Shown here: in pieces, positions 28,688 to 41,217 of the stretch | Layout of the letters: each line of letters opens with the position of its first letter | How positions within the stretch are numbered: position 1 is the first letter of the stretch | DNA from: Acinetobacter phage ZZ1 | DNA length: 64,000 nt | Sequence record: NC_018087.3 | Direction: 5' to 3' (one strand) | Notes under the pieces: model-generated | Seen by the model: the letters and a program-made list of their open reading frames with translations, nothing else | Told to the model about the DNA's origin: nothing | Database searches by the model: none | Program-made: the position numbers and the translations under genes

Positions 28688-29343
28688 TGAGCAAAAATTT
28701 TCAATTAGCCCAGAACTTTTCTCGTGAAGCATCACATCATGAGTTTGATGTTAAAAAGGGTAGCATTATTGTAGGCAATAATCAGCCAATCGGTTCCCCT
28801 TCAATTAGTCAAAGTCAAAAGGGAATTAAAGTGCCTAATGTAGAAGATGCGATTAATGATGTCGCATCTTTAACAATTTTACCTTTAAATACTATTATTA
28901 TTAATGATGATGGTAATAGCCCACAAGGTATTTCTCAGATTGATGAATTTAAGTTTATTGGCTCGATTAAAGACCCATCAAAACAAACGGGTGATGAAGT
29001 AAAATTTGATTTCTATGGGTTCGTAGTACCTGTAAAAATTGGAGATAACGCAGAAGAAGTTGCAGCCAAAGTTAAACTTGAATTAGATTTGGCTAAATCG
29101 GCAGGTATAGTTTTCAATAGAGTAGAAAATGGTGCCACTTTAGATATTCTTCAATTGACTTATAATGATGTTCAAAGCCATGAATTAGATGATTTAGTAC
29201 AATATACAATGCGAGTTACTCAAAATACTGTATCTCCGGCTAGAGGTGGCTACGGTATATGGAATCGAATTGGAACTCAAACTATAACTTTAGACGGTAC
29301 TACAAAACCTACAATTTTATATTATTTTAAACGAGAGGGTTAA
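28687..29343 (+). CDS. 11: gp11 baseplate wedge / short tail fibre attachment
   Basis: 218 aa versus 219 aa in T4. The ATG overlaps the gp10 TAA as TAATG. Confidence 0.7.
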   Translation: MSKNFQLAQNFSREASHHEFDVKKGSIIVGNNQPIGSPSISQSQKGIKVPNVEDAINDVASLTILPLNTIIINDDGNSPQGISQIDEFKFIGSIKDPSKQTGDEVKFDFYGFVVPVKIGDNAEEVAAKVKLELDLAKSAGIVFNRVENGATLDILQLTYNDVQSHELDDLVQYTMRVTQNTVSPARGGYGIWNRIGTQTITLDGTTKPTILYYFKREG

Positions 29344-29344
29344 G

Positions 29345-30877
29345 ATGGCTGAGACTCCATTAAATAATACATTTAAGCATATTTCGGATGAATCTCGATA
29401 TACATATTTTGACCCAACTGGTACTTTATTTCCGGCTACAGTCAAAACTGTTCAAGAAGCTTTAGCTTTAACATCGCCGACTACATATGCTACTACAACG
29501 CAAGCTGGTACTATTCAGCTTGCAACACAAGCTGAAGTAACTGCAGGTGTTAATAATACAAAAGCAGTTACACCGGCTACATTAGCAGAACGTTTGAAAT
29601 ATCCTGATGCTACTACAACTGTTAAAGGTATTGTATTTTTGGCAAGTAATGCGGAAGCCCAAGCCGGTACAGTAGCAACAAATAAAGTGGTTAATCCTGC
29701 TGCATTAAAATATACTCTTGATTGGTGGTGGGCAAATAAACGCGCCACAGAAACTGCCAATGGTGTGCTTAAATTATCTACGCAAGCTGCGGCACAAGCT
29801 GGAGTAGATGATACTACTGCAATGACTCCATTAAAAGTCAAACAAGCAATTAATTCGGCTACAAGTAATTTACCTGTTCCGGTTAAAGCTACAGAAAGTG
29901 TGCAAGGTTTAGTAACATTAGCAACAGTTGCACAAGTCACGCAGGGGACATTGCGTGAAGGGTATGCCATTTCACCATATACCTTGATGCAATTAAAAGG
30001 TAATTTAACTCGATATGGTATTACTCGTGGTGCAACATTAGCGGAAGCTAATGCAGGAACAGCCGATGACTTATATATTTCGGCAAAAGGATTTAAAACT
30101 TATAATGCTAATGATACAAATTTTGGTACAGTTAAGACTACTACTACTGTAAGCCCGACCGCTCAAGCAGGTACAGTTTTAGCATCTAATGCTTCAGTTT
30201 TAGGAACTAATTTAACAACACAACAAACTGTAACTGGTCCAGTTAATTTTAATGGGATAATGAAAAAAGGTAATGTTGATGTTGCTACAACAAAAAATAT
30301 TACTGATGCAACACCAATTGGTGTTATCCAAATGTGGTTAGGTGACCAAGCACCAACCGGTGGGCTATGGGCATTGTGTGATGGCGGTGCAGAGTCTAAA
30401 GCAGCTAGACCTGATTTATTTGCTGTAATTGGTTATAAATTTGGTGGTTCGGGTGATACATTCTATCGCCCAGATATGAGAGGTCTTTATGCTCGTGGTG
30501 CTGGTCGTGGTAAAGACATCATTGCAAACACCGGGTATGATGAGTTCAATAAACCTCTATTAGGTAATGGTGTAGATGGCGGTGTTGTTGGTCAAGTTCA
30601 AAAGCAACAAATTCGCGAACATAAACACATCGTTTCTTGGGGCGAGACTCGTCAAGAGACACCTAACTTCCCATTTGGTGGCACACAGTTAAGTAAATAT
30701 TGGGGGACCGCTGGTCGGGAAGATCATGATAATGGTTGGATGTTCTCTAACGATGGAACAGAATTTGAACCTGCATCAGTGCGGACCGAATATTCTACTG
30801 TCAACTCTAAAGAGTTAATTGGAACAGAGACACGCCCTTGGAGTATGTCTGTAAATTATATTATTAAGGTGGCTTAA
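29345..30877 (+). CDS. 12: gp12 short tail fibre
   Basis: 510 aa. Ala/Thr/Gly-rich repeats. C-terminal HxH region. Confidence 0.75.
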   Translation: MAETPLNNTFKHISDESRYTYFDPTGTLFPATVKTVQEALALTSPTTYATTTQAGTIQLATQAEVTAGVNNTKAVTPATLAERLKYPDATTTVKGIVFLASNAEAQAGTVATNKVVNPAALKYTLDWWWANKRATETANGVLKLSTQAAAQAGVDDTTAMTPLKVKQAINSATSNLPVPVKATESVQGLVTLATVAQVTQGTLREGYAISPYTLMQLKGNLTRYGITRGATLAEANAGTADDLYISAKGFKTYNANDTNFGTVKTTTTVSPTAQAGTVLASNASVLGTNLTTQQTVTGPVNFNGIMKKGNVDVATTKNITDATPIGVIQMWLGDQAPTGGLWALCDGGAESKAARPDLFAVIGYKFGGSGDTFYRPDMRGLYARGAGRGKDIIANTGYDEFNKPLLGNGVDGGVVGQVQKQQIREHKHIVSWGETRQETPNFPFGGTQLSKYWGTAGREDHDNGWMFSNDGTEFEPASVRTEYSTVNSKELIGTETRPWSMSVNYIIKVA

Positions 30878-32682
30878 TGACAACTAAAGTAGATTTTTTA
30901 CCATATGTAGATGGTATTCCAACAGACGGCCAACACCGTCTTAGTTGGATTCGTAATGGCGACCTTTTAAATGGTTCTGATACAAAATATGGCAATGAAG
31001 GCAATCTAAATGCCTTCGGTGTTGAATTGCAAAAAAATATCGTTTTCTTAGCGGAAAATATTGATGTTTTAGAATCAAATGCTAATATTACACAAGAAGA
31101 ACTTGAAAAAATAAAAGAAATTTTAGGTGAAGTTGGTACAGGTTCTATCGTCGAAAAGGTTAATGCAAATACAGAGAACATTGAATTAATTAATAAAACT
31201 GTTGAAACATTAACAACATCTTTTAATGAAAGTAAATTAATATTAAATCAAGCTGTAACCGATATTGGTATTAGAACTGAATTAAATGGACCTAATAATA
31301 TTTTTACAGATTTAGGTTTTATTAAATCTAGAATTGGTAATAATGAAAATGAGGATATTAGCGGATTACCGAGTGATGGCAATCCCGCCTCTGGAATTAT
31401 CTTAAAAATATTAGATCAAGGAAAACAAATTAATAAAAACTTATCGGATTTAGAAGAATTAAATACAAAGTTTAATGATTCAGATATTAGTGGGTTATCC
31501 CAAAATATTGATAAGTTACGGTTAGAACTTGGTCAATCTCCTGAGCCTAATACTCCGACAGTATATGCTAGACTGAATACATTAGAATCATCAGATAGAA
31601 GTGTTAAAGAACATTTAGATGAGATTGATAATAAAATCGGTTCTGGTAATATATCTGAAAAAGTTGAAATTAATACTGGTATTAAAAAATCAATTGAAGA
31701 TTTAAAACAAAACCAAGATACTCTTTTGACAGATTTGGCTAAAACTAATGAAAGTTTAGAAAATGTAGCAACCAAATCTAATACTAATGAAACAAATATT
31801 GGCACATTAAATGATACTGTAGGTATTAATAATGATAGCCCAAATACTTTGTTACAGAGAACCGCTAATCTTGAAACTGTGCAACAAAATCAAACCACGA
31901 CAATTCAAGATATGGAAGTAATTTTGGGTACAAGCACGACTGGTTTACAAGGTGATGTGCAAAATCTGAAAAAAGCTTTAGATGGTGACAGCTCAGCTAG
32001 TGATCCTGTTGCACAGGCCGGGCTTAAGGCTATTAGTTCCGCTTTAATTGATAAAACAAACGCTTTACAAGAAACTCAAGATCGTATTGTGGCCGCTGGT
32101 GCATTTTCGTCTAAAAGCTTTGTTCTTTTAGGGGATGCAACTACAAATGTGGTCGCCAGTGATATTGCGAAAGTTTCACTTGTGCGAGCTTTACCTCTAA
32201 TGACAAAGGGCGTAAATGGTGCAAACTCAATTTCAATTTTACCGGATTATGTATCTGCAAAATCTGCTGATGTGATTTTAGTTAATATTGGTACTTATGA
32301 TTACTTATTTGATCGGGAATTGGGTACATTGGCTGATGCTAAAGATGGAACAGAAGCTGATACTTTCTATGCAGATGTATATAAATTATTCGCAGATTTA
32401 ACAGCTGGCACTTCCCGTGTTTTAACCTGTACTGGATTTAGATCAAAGGGGTTTAAAGATTCAGTTGTTTCTTATCCAAATAATAATGGTGTAAATACTT
32501 CATATGATAAGTATGTTTTAGCCGTAACAGAAGTTGCCGATATTTTTGGCATTCCAGTTATTCCAACACACCATGAATTAGGTATTAGCGCTAAAAATAT
32601 TGATTTATTCGCAAATTCCGATGGCTTAACAAAATTGGGGATTGATAGATTCTCTATTTTAGTGGCCCAATCATTACGATAA
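30877..32682 (+). CDS. wac: fibritin (wac) with a long C-terminal non-foldon domain
   Basis: 601 aa. Long coiled-coil segments. ~200-aa C-terminal globular region. Confidence 0.65.
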   Translation: MTTKVDFLPYVDGIPTDGQHRLSWIRNGDLLNGSDTKYGNEGNLNAFGVELQKNIVFLAENIDVLESNANITQEELEKIKEILGEVGTGSIVEKVNANTENIELINKTVETLTTSFNESKLILNQAVTDIGIRTELNGPNNIFTDLGFIKSRIGNNENEDISGLPSDGNPASGIILKILDQGKQINKNLSDLEELNTKFNDSDISGLSQNIDKLRLELGQSPEPNTPTVYARLNTLESSDRSVKEHLDEIDNKIGSGNISEKVEINTGIKKSIEDLKQNQDTLLTDLAKTNESLENVATKSNTNETNIGTLNDTVGINNDSPNTLLQRTANLETVQQNQTTTIQDMEVILGTSTTGLQGDVQNLKKALDGDSSASDPVAQAGLKAISSALIDKTNALQETQDRIVAAGAFSSKSFVLLGDATTNVVASDIAKVSLVRALPLMTKGVNGANSISILPDYVSAKSADVILVNIGTYDYLFDRELGTLADAKDGTEADTFYADVYKLFADLTAGTSRVLTCTGFRSKGFKDSVVSYPNNNGVNTSYDKYVLAVTEVADIFGIPVIPTHHELGISAKNIDLFANSDGLTKLGIDRFSILVAQSLR

Positions 32683-32697
32683 AATAAGGGGCGAAAG
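32676..32697 (+). terminator. intrinsic terminator after wac
   Basis: ggggc-GAAA-gcccc hairpin followed by TTTTT. Confidence 0.55.
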
Positions 32698-32715
32698 CCC
32701 CTTTTTGAGGTTTAT

Positions 32716-33597
32716 ATGTTTACACAACCAAAAACGCCAAAACAATTAAAAGATGATATATTAATGAGATTGGGTGCGCCTATTATTCAAGTAGAAGTCA
32801 CCGAAGCACAAATATATCAATGTATTCAAAGAGCCCTAGAATTATACGGGGAGTATCACTATAATGGATTAAACAAAACATATATTGCTATTCACATTGG
32901 AGATGATGATCAATATAAAAATGGTGTTTTCGATTTAAGTGATGAAAATATTTTTGCGGTGTCACAAATTATTCGAGGCAACACAGGATTATTACTAACT
33001 TTAGATGGTAGTGCAACCTATTCGTGGGCATCTGATTTTATTTTAGGAATGGCCGGAGTTAACGGTTGTAATTCTGGTACTCGAGCATTTGGCCCTAATG
33101 GATTTGGGGCAAACTTGAGTTACTACACGACTATTATGCAGTATTGGTCAATATTACAAAATATGTTTAACCCTATTCCTGATTTTTGGTTTAATGACGA
33201 TACTGGCCAATTAAAGCTATCTGGTAATTTTAAAAAGGGTGATTTAATTTTCTTAGAGGTGTGGGTTAAATCATTTGTTGATACAAATTATGCCGTAGGC
33301 TCATATGCAGGTTCTGACCGATATAATAATGCGAATTATAATGTGACTGGATATATTGCAGGTGAATCTCAAGGTACAAAACAAGGTGCCTTTAATAATC
33401 GTTGGGTAAAAGATTATGCAACAGTATTAGTTAAAGAATTAAATGGACAAATTTTAGCTAAACATCAAGGAATGCAGCTAGCCGGTGGTACTACAGTAGA
33501 TGGAGTCAGATTAATTGAGGAAGCTCGGTTAGAAAAAGAGCGATTAATTGATGAATTAGACTCATTGGCAGCACCACCTGGAATTTTAATGGGATAA
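32716..33597 (+). CDS. 13: gp13 neck protein
   Basis: 293 aa versus 309 aa in T4. Synteny supports the call. Confidence 0.7.
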   Translation: MFTQPKTPKQLKDDILMRLGAPIIQVEVTEAQIYQCIQRALELYGEYHYNGLNKTYIAIHIGDDDQYKNGVFDLSDENIFAVSQIIRGNTGLLLTLDGSATYSWASDFILGMAGVNGCNSGTRAFGPNGFGANLSYYTTIMQYWSILQNMFNPIPDFWFNDDTGQLKLSGNFKKGDLIFLEVWVKSFVDTNYAVGSYAGSDRYNNANYNVTGYIAGESQGTKQGAFNNRWVKDYATVLVKELNGQILAKHQGMQLAGGTTVDGVRLIEEARLEKERLIDELDSLAAPPGILMG

Positions 33598-33601
33598 AAA
33601 T

Positions 33602-34375
33602 ATGACTACATTTGATAACCGATTATTCGCTAAATTAGAAAATGGTACTGGTTATAACCAAACTAATGAGGAGTCTGTTTTAAATCCATATGTAAATTTT
33701 TATCAATTCGAAAATGTTCAAACTTTACAAGATGCTCTTGTCGCAGAAAGTATTCAAATGAGAGGCGTTGAATGTTACTATATGCCAAGCCATTTTGTCA
33801 ATAAAGATGAATTATTTGGTGAAGATGTTCAACGTAAGTTTGATAAGGCATGGAAATTTGCAGCATATCTTGATTCGTTTGAAGGATATTCTGGCGCAAA
33901 CACATTCTTTAGCAAATTTGGTATGCAAGTTGAAGATGAAATAACTTTGACTGTAAATCCAAATTTATTTAAATATCAAGTGAATAATCAAGAACCTAAA
34001 GAGGGTGACTTAATTTATTTTAAGATGGACAATTCCTTGTTCGAAATAACATGGGTAGAACCATATAACCCATTTTATCAAGTTGGTACTAATGCAATGC
34101 GTCGCATTACAGCGCAAAAATTCATTTATTCTGGTGAAGAAGTTAAACCCGTATTACAAAGAAATCCAGGTATACATATTCCAGAATTTGATGAACTTGA
34201 TCTTGAACCGGTTAATGCATTAAATGATGTTCATGATATTAAAACACCTCAATACGTTGAAGTAGATCAAATTAATAAAGAAGGTGAAGAAGTTATAGAA
34301 CCTTATGTAGTTATTAACAATAGGGGTATTATGGGCGATGGGTCACCTTTTGATGACGACTTTTTAGACGACTGA
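33602..34375 (+). CDS. 14: gp14 neck protein
   Basis: 257 aa versus 256 aa in T4. Confidence 0.7.
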   Translation: MTTFDNRLFAKLENGTGYNQTNEESVLNPYVNFYQFENVQTLQDALVAESIQMRGVECYYMPSHFVNKDELFGEDVQRKFDKAWKFAAYLDSFEGYSGANTFFSKFGMQVEDEITLTVNPNLFKYQVNNQEPKEGDLIYFKMDNSLFEITWVEPYNPFYQVGTNAMRRITAQKFIYSGEEVKPVLQRNPGIHIPEFDELDLEPVNALNDVHDIKTPQYVEVDQINKEGEEVIEPYVVINNRGIMGDGSPFDDDFLDD

Positions 34376-34410
34376 TAAATATAATTATAGTTTAATTATA
34401 AGGATTTGTA

Positions 34411-35016
34411 GTGGATATCAATATTGAAAACATTTTAAAAACATGGTTGCCTGAAGATATTTGTCAGGAATATATTGATATCTTACACAGACCTATAGTA
34501 GGCAAAACAGAAAAACATCATATCTTACCTAGATCTCTTTTTCCTGAACATATTAAAAATCCTAATAATTTAATTGAATTATCAATTTATGATCATCTTG
34601 AAGCACACGAATGTTTAGCAAAAACAAATGAACATAAAATGATTTTAGCTTTTAATTTTATGTTTACAGCTAATTATAGAAGATATTCTACTTTAACTGA
34701 AGATCAAAAATTAAAAGTAAAGGTAAAAAGAACTAAAGTACGACTTGCAATGTCTGATGTTAAATCAGAACAGGGAAAACTGTACATTGGAGAAAAAAAT
34801 CCTTTTTATGGAAAAACTCATTCTGATGAGACAAAAGCGATAATAAGCTCGCATCATAAAGGCAAAAAATTATCTGCCGATCATATTGCAATTCTTGTTG
34901 CTTGTCATAAAGGTAAACCAAAGCGCAAAGTTAAATGTCCTCATTGTGGTCAATTAATTGCAATACATGCTAAAAACCGACGACACTTTGATAATTGTGC
35001 ATATAAGGAGAATTAA
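34411..35016 (+). CDS. HNH homing endonuclease inserted between genes 14 and 15
   Basis: HHILPRSLFPEH...NLIELSIYDHLEAHE is an HNH motif. C-terminal CPHCG...C zinc ribbon. Confidence 0.7.
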   Translation: MDINIENILKTWLPEDICQEYIDILHRPIVGKTEKHHILPRSLFPEHIKNPNNLIELSIYDHLEAHECLAKTNEHKMILAFNFMFTANYRRYSTLTEDQKLKVKVKRTKVRLAMSDVKSEQGKLYIGEKNPFYGKTHSDETKAIISSHHKGKKLSADHIAILVACHKGKPKRKVKCPHCGQLIAIHAKNRRHFDNCAYKEN

Positions 35017-35017
35017 A

Positions 35018-35840
35018 ATTTTTGGTCACTGGTACAACTCCTCTCTCCGTCGCTATTGTGTTTTAATGGGTGATTTATTCTCTCATGTACAAAGTAATGC
35101 GTCGGAGAGAAGGTGATAAAATAGAATTAATTAAAGTCCCTATTACATTTGCTTCAAAAGAACGCTTTATTATGAAACTAGATGCAAAAACATCAGTTAA
35201 TAATGGAGATGGTTCTATGGCAAAAGTGGAAACAATTTTGCCAAGAATGTGCTTAAGCTTGGTAGATTTAGTATATAACCCAACATATAAAACAAATATA
35301 ACAAACAGAACTATCAGGAATCCTGCGAGTAAAACCTCATTAATTTCGCAATATAATCCGGTTCCGGTTAAAATGATTTTTGAGTTAAGTGTTTACACTC
35401 GACATCAGGATGATATGTTTCAAATTATTGAACAAATATGGCCATATTTTCAACCACATTTTTCAACCCAAATGAAAGAATTGCATGGCAATGATATTAC
35501 ATTTGATAGAAATATCAGAGTTACAATGCAGTCGGTGGCCTTAGATAATCAATTAGAAACAGACAAAACTACACGACGCCGATTGGAAACTGCTTTTATA
35601 TTTGAAGTTAATGGGTGGTTATACCCACCTGTTGCTGAAATTGCTGGTGAAATTCGTACAATTTATATTGATCTTTTTGCAAATGAAAAAGAGTTAAATG
35701 CCTCAGGACGCTTTGAATCGGTTGACACTCAAGTATCGCCAGAAGATATAGATTATAATGATTGGGACGGTAATCTTATACAGTCAGTTTCGGCCAATGT
35801 TCCTATTCCTGTTGCACCTGAACCACCTCACCCAAGGTAG
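35018..35840 (+). CDS. 15: gp15 tail sheath stabiliser/terminator. Apparent ATT start and a +1 frameshift near 35090-35096.
   Basis: Frame 2 from 35018 (ATT, RBS AAGGAG 7 nt upstream) encodes [25 protein letters not shown]. This matches T4 gp15 MFGYFYNSSFRRYATLMGDLFSNIQ and then hits a stop. Frame 0 (track ORF 35070..35840) continues [20 protein letters not shown], matching the T4 run ending in VPITYASKE. Confidence 0.6.
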
Positions 35841-35845
35841 ATGTT

Positions 35846-36330
35846 ATGAGTAATACCCAAAATTTTTTAGATCAAATTATGGACTTCACCGACCTACCCG
35901 GGGTTGGCGGTGAAGAACTGGTTGTTTATAAACCATTGGAATTAACTGATGTTGAATCTAATCCTCAAGATCGAACTATTGATTTAAATGAAGATTATGC
36001 CAAAGTTCGCAAAACATTAGATCATCAACAACAAATGCTTTTTGATGCAGCCAAAGTTATGCTGGAAACGGCAAAAAATGCAGATTCTCCTAGACATATG
36101 GAAGTATTTGCAACCTTGATGGGTCAAATGACTACAACATCAAAAGAAATTCTTAAACTTCATAAAGAAATGAAAGACATTACAAGTGAAAATGTCTCAA
36201 CCCAAAACCCAGGGGATAATTCTGGTGTAAATATACAAAACGCGCAAGTATTTGTCGGGGGTCCTACTGAACTTATGGATAAACTCGGTGATGCTTTTGA
36301 AACTAAAAACCTTAATGTGGTAGACGAACA

Positions 36331-36334
<4 letters not shown>
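35846..36334 (+). CDS. 16: gp16 terminase small subunit
   Basis: 162 aa versus 164 aa in T4. Confidence 0.7.
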
Positions 36335-38620
<2,286 letters not shown>

Positions 38621-38646
38621 TTGAAAAAGAAATAACAGGAGTCGAA

Positions 38647-40626
38647 ATGGCTTTATTATCTCCAGGTATTGAGTTAAAAGAAAATACCACTCAAAGCACA
38701 GTTGTGCAAAATGCAACAGGCCGTGCCGCAATGGCAGGTAAATTTCAGTGGGGCCCAGCTTTCCAGGTAATTCAAGTTACAAATGAAGTTGAACTTGTTG
38801 ATTTATTTGGTCAGCCTGATAATGCAACCGCTGATTATTTTATGAGCGCTGCAAACTTTTTACAATATGGTAATGACTTGCGTTTAGTCCGTGTTGTAAA
38901 TGAAGACTCGGCCAAAAACTCTAGCCCTATTGCAGGTCATTTAAAAACAACTATTACTGCGTCAGGTAGTAACTATGCTGTAAATGACAAAGTTATTATT
39001 AAGTACAATACAACAACTATTGAAGATGCTGGCGTTGTAACTGCGGTTGATAAAGACGGCAAAATCTTAAAAATCTTTGTACCTTCTGAAAAAATCATTG
39101 CATATGCAAAATCAATCGGTCAATATCCTGCATTAAGTGATTCATGGACTGCAGAAGTTGTTTCAGTTGCCTCTGGTATTTCTGGTGCAATTAATGTGGA
39201 TTCTATTGAAACTGATTCTGGTATCTTATTAACTGATCCAGAAAATGCAGACGAAAAAATTACATCAGTTGCATTCCAAGCTAAACTTGCTGCGTATGCT
39301 ATGCCTGGTGTTGTTGCATTATATCCAGGTTCAACTGGCGATCAATTAGAAGTAGAAATTGTATCTAAAGAAACTTATGATAAAGGTACTGCAGTCCCTT
39401 TAACCATTTATCCTAATGGTGGTTCACGTACATCTTTAGCTAAAGCAATTTTCGGTTATGGCCCACAAAATGATAATGAATATGCATTTATTGTTCGTCG
39501 TAATGGTGAAGTTGTAGAATCATATGTTCTTTCAACTGAGCGCGGTGCAAAAGATATGTATGGAAGCAATATTTTCTTAGATGATTATTTTGCACGGGGT
39601 TCAAGTAACTATATTTTTGCAACAGCACAAGGATTCCCTAAAGGTTTTTCAGGTATCATTCGTTTATCTGGTGGTATTTCAGCTAATGATGCAGTTACAG
39701 CTGGCGATCTTATGCAAGGTTGGGATAAATTTGCAGATTCAGAAGCACTACATGTCAATTTAATGATTGCCGGTTCTTGTGCGGGTGAAGATGCAGAAGT
39801 TGCATCAACCGTTCAAAAACATGTTGTTGCTCTTGCTGATGAACGTATGGATTGTTTGGCCCTTATCAGCCCACCCCGTGAAACTATTGTAAATATCGGC
39901 TTAACTCGCGCTGTTGATAATTTGATTGCATGGCGTGAAGGTACTGGTGCATACGAAGCGGCTAATATGAATATTAGTTCAACTTATGCATTTATCGATG
40001 GTAACTACAAATACCAATATGACAAATATAATGATGTAAACCGTTGGGTTCCATTGGCTGCTGATATTGCAGGTCTTTGTGCCCGCACTGATGATATCTC
40101 TCAACCTTGGATGTCACCAGCCGGTTATGTCCGTGGTCAAATTCTTAATTGCATTAAACTTGCTATTGAGCCTCGTAAAGCACAGCGTGATAGATTATAT
40201 CAAGATTCTATTAACCCAGTTATTGGTGCTCAAGGCGGCGATGGTTTCTTACTTTTTGGTGATAAAACAGCAACTAAAGTTCCATCTCCATTTGACCGTG
40301 TAAACGTACGCCGTTTATTCAATATGCTTAAAAAGAATATTGGTGACGCATCTAAATTCCGTTTATTCGAAATTAATGACGCATTTACTCGTAGTTCATT
40401 CCGGATGGAAACAACTGCGTACTTAGCGGGTATTAAATCGCTTGGTGGTGTATACGATTTCCGAGTAGTATGTGATGAGACAAATAATACTCCGGCGGTT
40501 ATTGATCGCAATGAATTTGTTGCTACATTCTATATTAAACCGGCGCGTGCAATTAACTTCATTCAATTGAACTTTGTTGCTACTGCAACAGGTGCTGATT
40601 TTGATGAAATCATTGGTCGTCAATAA
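38647..40626 (+). CDS. 18: gp18 tail sheath
   Basis: 659 aa, equal to T4. Confidence 0.85.
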   Translation: MALLSPGIELKENTTQSTVVQNATGRAAMAGKFQWGPAFQVIQVTNEVELVDLFGQPDNATADYFMSAANFLQYGNDLRLVRVVNEDSAKNSSPIAGHLKTTITASGSNYAVNDKVIIKYNTTTIEDAGVVTAVDKDGKILKIFVPSEKIIAYAKSIGQYPALSDSWTAEVVSVASGISGAINVDSIETDSGILLTDPENADEKITSVAFQAKLAAYAMPGVVALYPGSTGDQLEVEIVSKETYDKGTAVPLTIYPNGGSRTSLAKAIFGYGPQNDNEYAFIVRRNGEVVESYVLSTERGAKDMYGSNIFLDDYFARGSSNYIFATAQGFPKGFSGIIRLSGGISANDAVTAGDLMQGWDKFADSEALHVNLMIAGSCAGEDAEVASTVQKHVVALADERMDCLALISPPRETIVNIGLTRAVDNLIAWREGTGAYEAANMNISSTYAFIDGNYKYQYDKYNDVNRWVPLAADIAGLCARTDDISQPWMSPAGYVRGQILNCIKLAIEPRKAQRDRLYQDSINPVIGAQGGDGFLLFGDKTATKVPSPFDRVNVRRLFNMLKKNIGDASKFRLFEINDAFTRSSFRMETTAYLAGIKSLGGVYDFRVVCDETNNTPAVIDRNEFVATFYIKPARAINFIQLNFVATATGADFDEIIGRQ

Positions 40627-40667
40627 TAAAATGGGCCTTCGGGCCCTAATAAATTAAGGATAAAATA

Positions 40668-41159
40668 ATGGAAATTACTGATATTCTCCGAGCATTTGAA
40701 TCAGGCGACTTTGCCCGTCCTAACCTGTTTCAATTAGAAATTCCTTATTTAGGTAAGAATTTCACATTTAAAGCAAAAGCTACAGCAATGCCACCAGGCC
40801 AAGTCGATAAAATTGCTATTGGCTTTATGAACCGTAAATTTAATATCGGTGGTGATCGTACATTTGACGATTGGAGTTGTACAATTTACAATGATGACGC
40901 ACATGATACTCGTCAACAAATTTTAGATTGGCAAGCATTAGTCCATGGCCAAGGTGCTGAAATTACAGGTTCTACTCCCGCTGAGTATAAGAAAACTGCT
41001 ATTATTCGTCAATATGGCCGTGATGGTAAAACTATTACCAAAGAACATACCATTTATGGATTATGGCCGACTTTGGTTGGTGAAGTGGCACTAGACTGGG
41101 ATACAAATTCGGAAGTAGAAACATTTGAGTGTACATTTGCACTTGATTACTGGATTTAA
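40668..41159 (+). CDS. 19: gp19 tail tube
   Basis: 163 aa, equal to T4. Confidence 0.85.
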   Translation: MEITDILRAFESGDFARPNLFQLEIPYLGKNFTFKAKATAMPPGQVDKIAIGFMNRKFNIGGDRTFDDWSCTIYNDDAHDTRQQILDWQALVHGQGAEITGSTPAEYKKTAIIRQYGRDGKTITKEHTIYGLWPTLVGEVALDWDTNSEVETFECTFALDYWI

Positions 41160-41167
41160 TTTGCGAA

Positions 41168-41205
41168 ATCCGATTGATATAAATAATTCTATATCAATCG
41201 GATTC
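41168..41205. repeat. 13-bp perfect inverted repeat with an embedded TATAAATA late promoter (41178..41185)
   Basis: tccgattgatata-AATAATTC-tatatcaatcgga lies between genes 19 and 20. Confidence 0.55.
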
Positions 41206-41217
41206 AGTCTGTAGGAG

